This document shows, in pieces, positions 60,235 to 64,000 of a DNA stretch of 64,000 bases. Both the position numbers and the translations under genes were made by a program. This DNA is from Oligoflexales bacterium. Its GTDB lineage: Bacteria > Bdellovibrionota_B > Oligoflexia > Oligoflexales > JAPPIL01. Numbering within the stretch: the first letter of the stretch is position 1; each line of letters begins with the position of its first letter. The notes under the pieces were generated by a model that made no database searches, was not told the DNA's origin, and was given only the letters and a program-made list of their open reading frames with translations. The stretch covers positions 704,001-768,000 of the forward strand of contig OZ244057.1 of NCBI GenBank assembly GCA_965215515.1, given 5' to 3'.

Positions 60235-61779
60235 GTGCTCGACCACCGCCAGCAACGTATCCTCAAGCTCAGCATCTTCTGCACGGGGATCACAGGGATT
60301 ACTGCCGAATACATCATGGCGACCCTTGCCAGCTGGTGTCTCGGTGACGCGGTCACACAATGGACATTGGTTATTTCCCTGATGTTGTTCGCCATGGGTG
60401 TCGGCAGTCGCCTCAGTCGCAGTTACGATAACCATCTCTTCGACACTTTCATCCATATTGAATTTACCCTCGCTCTGCTCGTCTCTTTGAGCGTCATCGC
60501 TACCTATGCTCTGTTTGGGATTACCGCACATCTCGCCTTCTTTATCTATCTCCTCGCCTTTTTCATCGGCCTGCTCATCGGGCTTGAATTGCCTCTGGCA
60601 ACGCGCCTTAACGCACCCAACGAAAATTTAAAAACTAACCTCAGCACCATGTTGAGTAAAGACTACTTCGGTGCGCTTGTCGGTGGTATCTTCTTCGCCT
60701 TCCTCGCCTTGCCACATCTCGGTTTGCCACGCAGCGCGGCTATCGTCGGAGCTGTCAACTGTGTCGCAGCCCTGCTACTCGGTATACACAGTTTCGCCAA
60801 ACTACAACGTCGCAAAACTTTCATCGTCTGTGGCAGTGCCGTCGTTGCCGTGGTTGCCGCAGCTTTTCTGCACGGCGATACCCTGGTGTTGCACAGCGAA
60901 CAACGCCGCTATCGTGACAAGATAGTGCTCAGTGCCACGACACGTTACCAAAAGATAGTCGTTACGGCATTTCGTGACCATCACTGGCTTTACCTCGACG
61001 GCAACCTTCAGTTTACTACCATCGATGAGTACCGTTACCACGAACCTCTCGTGCACCCCGCCATGTTGCTTGCCGAGCCTGCACGTAAAATACTGGTACT
61101 CGGTGGCGGGGACGGACTGGCGGCGAGAGAAATTTTGCGCCACCCGAAACTACAACATCTGACCGTCGTCGATATCGATCCTCGCATGACCGAGCTGGCC
61201 AGCACCCACCCCGCCTTCGTAGCCATCAACGCGGCTGCTTTCCGCCATCCCAAAGTTAACATCATCAACACCGATGCCTTCACCTTTTTACAGACAGACA
61301 CCTCGCAATACGATGTTATCATCGCTGACTTTCCCGACCCGCGCTCGGCTGATTTGGCGAGACTCTACAGTCGCCAATTTTTTCTCTCTGTTTTTCGTCG
61401 CTTGCGTCCTGACGGGGTCTTCGTCACCCAAGCAGGCAGCCCCCTCTTCGCTCGTCGTGCCTTTCTTGCCGTGCTGAAAACCATCCGTACCCTCTATCCT
61501 GCCCTGCCGCTGCATACCAACATCGCCAGCATGGGCGATCGCGGTTGGGTGCTGTCGATCAAAAACAAACAATCCACCTCCGCACAACTACAGGCTAGCC
61601 TCGCGGCACTTAACTTCGCCCACCTACCCCTGCGCTACCTCGACCGCCACACGCTCAACACCATGCTCGGCGCACAGGGCAAACACTTCTACGCGGACTA
61701 CAACAACATCCAGGTCAACAGCCTGAGCCGCCTATCACTACACAGCTACTACCGCAAAGGAAAATGGGAACTGTACTAA
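60235..61779 (+). CDS. speE: Membrane-anchored polyamine aminopropyltransferase (spermidine synthase-like)
   Basis: N-terminal multi-TM domain (GLELPL, DYFGALVGG), TRYQKIV, LYLDGNLQF..DEYRYHEPLVHP, LVLGGGDGLAARE, IIADFPDP, VTQAGSP. Confidence 0.9.
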   Translation: MLDHRQQRILKLSIFCTGITGITAEYIMATLASWCLGDAVTQWTLVISLMLFAMGVGSRLSRSYDNHLFDTFIHIEFTLALLVSLSVIATYALFGITAHLAFFIYLLAFFIGLLIGLELPLATRLNAPNENLKTNLSTMLSKDYFGALVGGIFFAFLALPHLGLPRSAAIVGAVNCVAALLLGIHSFAKLQRRKTFIVCGSAVVAVVAAAFLHGDTLVLHSEQRRYRDKIVLSATTRYQKIVVTAFRDHHWLYLDGNLQFTTIDEYRYHEPLVHPAMLLAEPARKILVLGGGDGLAAREILRHPKLQHLTVVDIDPRMTELASTHPAFVAINAAAFRHPKVNIINTDAFTFLQTDTSQYDVIIADFPDPRSADLARLYSRQFFLSVFRRLRPDGVFVTQAGSPLFARRAFLAVLKTIRTLYPALPLHTNIASMGDRGWVLSIKNKQSTSAQLQASLAALNFAHLPLRYLDRHTLNTMLGAQGKHFYADYNNIQVNSLSRLSLHSYYRKGKWELY

Positions 61780-61780
61780 G

Positions 61781-61807
61781 GTATCCGTTGTTTAGGGGGC
61801 AACTCCA
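61781..61807 (-). repeat. Solo IS3-like terminal repeat filling the speE / MTase intergenic gap
   Basis: Reverse complement tggagttgccccctaaacaacggatac versus tgaagttgcccc-taaaaaacggacac at 38351. Confidence 0.7.
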
Positions 61808-61808
61808 G

Positions 61809-62663
61809 TTAGGACGCGATCCCTAGCCTGCGATTGGCCAGTTGCACGTACTGCGCATCGATTTCGTAACCGACGAAGTGTCGCCGTGCTTCTCGTGCGG
61901 CGACAGCCGTGCTGCCCGCACCCATGAAGGGGTCGAGCACGATGTCACCAGCGTATGAGTAGAGGTGGATCAAGCGCGCGGGCAGTTCGAGAGGAAAAGG
62001 GGCGGGATGCCCAACCCGCTTGGCACTTGCCGCGTTGAAACGCCAGATGCTCTTGGTGCATGCCATAAAACTATCACGTCCGATCGTGTTCTGCCGTGTC
62101 GGATAGCGCTGGAAGGAATTTTTGCAAAATATCAGGATGTATTCGTGCACATCGCGTAGGGTAGGGTTGCTCGCCGATCGCCAGCTTCCCCACGCACAGG
62201 ATGCTCCCGCACTTGCGCCTTTGTCCCAAATCACCTCGCCTCGCATCAAAAATCCGCACCGCTGGGCGATATCCACGATGTAAGCGTGCAGGGGGATGTA
62301 GGGCGACCGCCCGACGTTGGCGATGTTGACACAGGCACGTCCACCCGCCACCAGAACTCTATAAGTTTCTGCCATCACCGCTTCTAACAGTTGCTGGTAT
62401 TCGGTGAGGTCGAGATCACTGTCGTAGTCTTTTCCTACGTTGTAGGGTGGTGAAGTAATCATGAGATGCACCGAGTTGTCGGGAAGATGCTTCATATCAC
62501 GGCTATCGTGCTGGTAAATCAGATCCAGCTGGTGGGGAGGTGATTCTCGCGGCGCTGGGAGTGCACTATGTTTTTTGTGTGTGCCGTACATACGCCGACC
62601 GTAGAAAGCACTGGCATCATGCCCCTCTCGCTTAGGTGTGCCGAAGGAGGTTGTCTTGCTCAT
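61809..62663 (-). CDS. Beta-class N4-cytosine/N6-adenine DNA methyltransferase (orphan)
   Basis: ITSPPYNVG (motif IV) precedes HPAPFP and VLDPFMGAGST (motif I). Confidence 0.92.
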   Translation of the reverse strand: MSKTTSFGTPKREGHDASAFYGRRMYGTHKKHSALPAPRESPPHQLDLIYQHDSRDMKHLPDNSVHLMITSPPYNVGKDYDSDLDLTEYQQLLEAVMAETYRVLVAGGRACVNIANVGRSPYIPLHAYIVDIAQRCGFLMRGEVIWDKGASAGASCAWGSWRSASNPTLRDVHEYILIFCKNSFQRYPTRQNTIGRDSFMACTKSIWRFNAASAKRVGHPAPFPLELPARLIHLYSYAGDIVLDPFMGAGSTAVAAREARRHFVGYEIDAQYVQLANRRLGIAS

Positions 62664-62672
62664 GACGACAGC

Positions 62673-63815
62673 TCAGCGGTAGTGTAAATCAACCTGCAGG
62701 GCAAAGTGGTCGCTGTAGCCCGCTTCTTCAGCTTCGGTGGCTTGGAAGTTGTAGCGTCGAGGGACGTTGTTGATGGTTGAGCCAAGGAGAAATTCGCCAG
62801 GCTTTTTGTAAGTAAAAGTCTTCGTCAGCCAAGGGTGAGCAAGCACACGAAAACTACCCACATCTAGTTCAAGCCCTTTGTTGTCACGCAGATTTTTGTT
62901 GTAAAAAATACGATCGAGATTGTTCCACCTCATCTGGGGCGGAAAAAAATACGTGCCCGTAGGAGCAGCGAGGCGTTTTTTCCAGGCGATGTTTCTGTCG
63001 TTCATGAAGGCGTGCTGGGCATCGTTGAGGAGACCGTCAAACAGCTCCCGAAACGGATGAGGGTGGTCGGCGGCGATGACATTGAAATCTCCTATGACGA
63101 CGATGTTGACGCGTTGTGCCCGCCGCTGCTGATCTCTGATTAACTCAATCGCCCGCCGTGCCGCAACCATGCGTGCCTGACTCGGTGAACGTTGTGATGG
63201 CCAGTGCATGACGTAGACGATAAGCCGCTCGTGGCGGGAGGCAAGGCGAAATTCCACCTCCAGCAGGTCGCGGGTCGGAGTGGGTAGATGCTGGCCTGTG
63301 CGCAGACGGTAGGTGCGGTGTTGCCGATACGTGAACCTCCTGTTGTTGCCGTTGTAAAGCAGGGCAACGTTGATGCCACGCGGATCGCTGCCGTCGGTGA
63401 TAAGGTAGTGGGAGTAGCCGAGCTGCGCCGCCAGTGACTTGAGCACCCGTGCGTTTTCGACCTCACACAGGCCGAGAATGTCTGGTCGTCTGCCGTGCAG
63501 TACTACCTTGCGAATCTGAGCAAGCTTGATAGCTAACTTCTGCTCATTCCAATCTGTTTCCAGACAGCGTTTGCGGTAGTGCTCACTTCGTATAAGCTCA
63601 CAACCTGCCTGCTTGCCAGGGTGCGAGTGCGGCAAAAAGTCCCAGTCTCTCTTGCCCTCATCGTGGATGGTATCGAATAGGTTTTCGACATTGTAGAACA
63701 TCACCCGCAGCGAGTCTCGCCTCTCCGCAGGCGAGGGAGACGACACCGACCTTACCGCTGATGCAGCCAGGAAGAACGACAGCAGAAACAGAAGCATCGC
63801 GTACACCCTCAACAA
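62673..63815 (-). CDS. Secreted endonuclease/exonuclease/phosphatase family protein
   Basis: Signal peptide, FYNVENLFD, GLCEVEN, DPRGINVALLY, HWPS, GDFN, LDRI, GYSDHF. Confidence 0.9.
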   Translation of the reverse strand: MLRVYAMLLFLLSFFLAASAVRSVSSPSPAERRDSLRVMFYNVENLFDTIHDEGKRDWDFLPHSHPGKQAGCELIRSEHYRKRCLETDWNEQKLAIKLAQIRKVVLHGRRPDILGLCEVENARVLKSLAAQLGYSHYLITDGSDPRGINVALLYNGNNRRFTYRQHRTYRLRTGQHLPTPTRDLLEVEFRLASRHERLIVYVMHWPSQRSPSQARMVAARRAIELIRDQQRRAQRVNIVVIGDFNVIAADHPHPFRELFDGLLNDAQHAFMNDRNIAWKKRLAAPTGTYFFPPQMRWNNLDRIFYNKNLRDNKGLELDVGSFRVLAHPWLTKTFTYKKPGEFLLGSTINNVPRRYNFQATEAEEAGYSDHFALQVDLHYR

Positions 63816-64000
63816 CTGCCAGATATCAACCGCGTGCTATCTCACTACGGGCGAAAAAATAATCGATCTCAAACCGTGCCGTCTCCGCACTGTCAGAACC
63901 GTGCACGGTATTCTCACCGATACTCTTCCCGTATCTAGCCCTGATTGTGCCTTCCTCTGCCTGAGCGGGATCGGTTGCTCCCATGATGCGACGATAACGA

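Noticed and set aside
61809..63815. Type II restriction-modification pair
   Set aside because: The nuclease is an EEP-family protein with a signal peptide, not a restriction-endonuclease fold.

Overview
Bacterial chromosomal window. The gene repertoire suggests a Bdellovibrionota/Oligoflexia-like or other deltaproteobacterial-grade organism, which is an inference only. Positions 1-~10.9 kb form a visibly more AT-rich defence island. It holds a 5'-truncated large N6-adenine methyltransferase, a ~290 bp array of GGGG/CCCC hairpins, a 1984-aa YprA/DUF1998 helicase with a C-terminal nuclease-like domain (DISARM/ARMADA-like pair), a DUF499 ATPase remnant and an IS5 fragment. The remainder is mostly housekeeping and metabolism: rnpB-trmB-ybeY-CNNM/CorC, alternative complex III (actABCDEF) running into fadI-fadJ, ald, hmgA-hppD-phhA, ppk1, an M16 peptidase, tsaE, a MoxR/Bat operon, tRNA-Leu(TAA), recD2, hpf, a GltD-like oxidoreductase, a lipoprotein-DUF350-spermidine synthase operon, an orphan DNA methyltransferase and an EEP nuclease. 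The main non-obvious signals are: a dispersed family of ~27 bp IS3-like terminal repeats, two of which bracket an Rpn nuclease gene plus a membrane-protein gene; a possible intragenic RpnS start; the hairpin array inside the defence operon; two coding VNTRs; an A14 promoter-region tract; a relic 3' end of a lost vWA paralog; and kb-scale patches of opposite strand composition.
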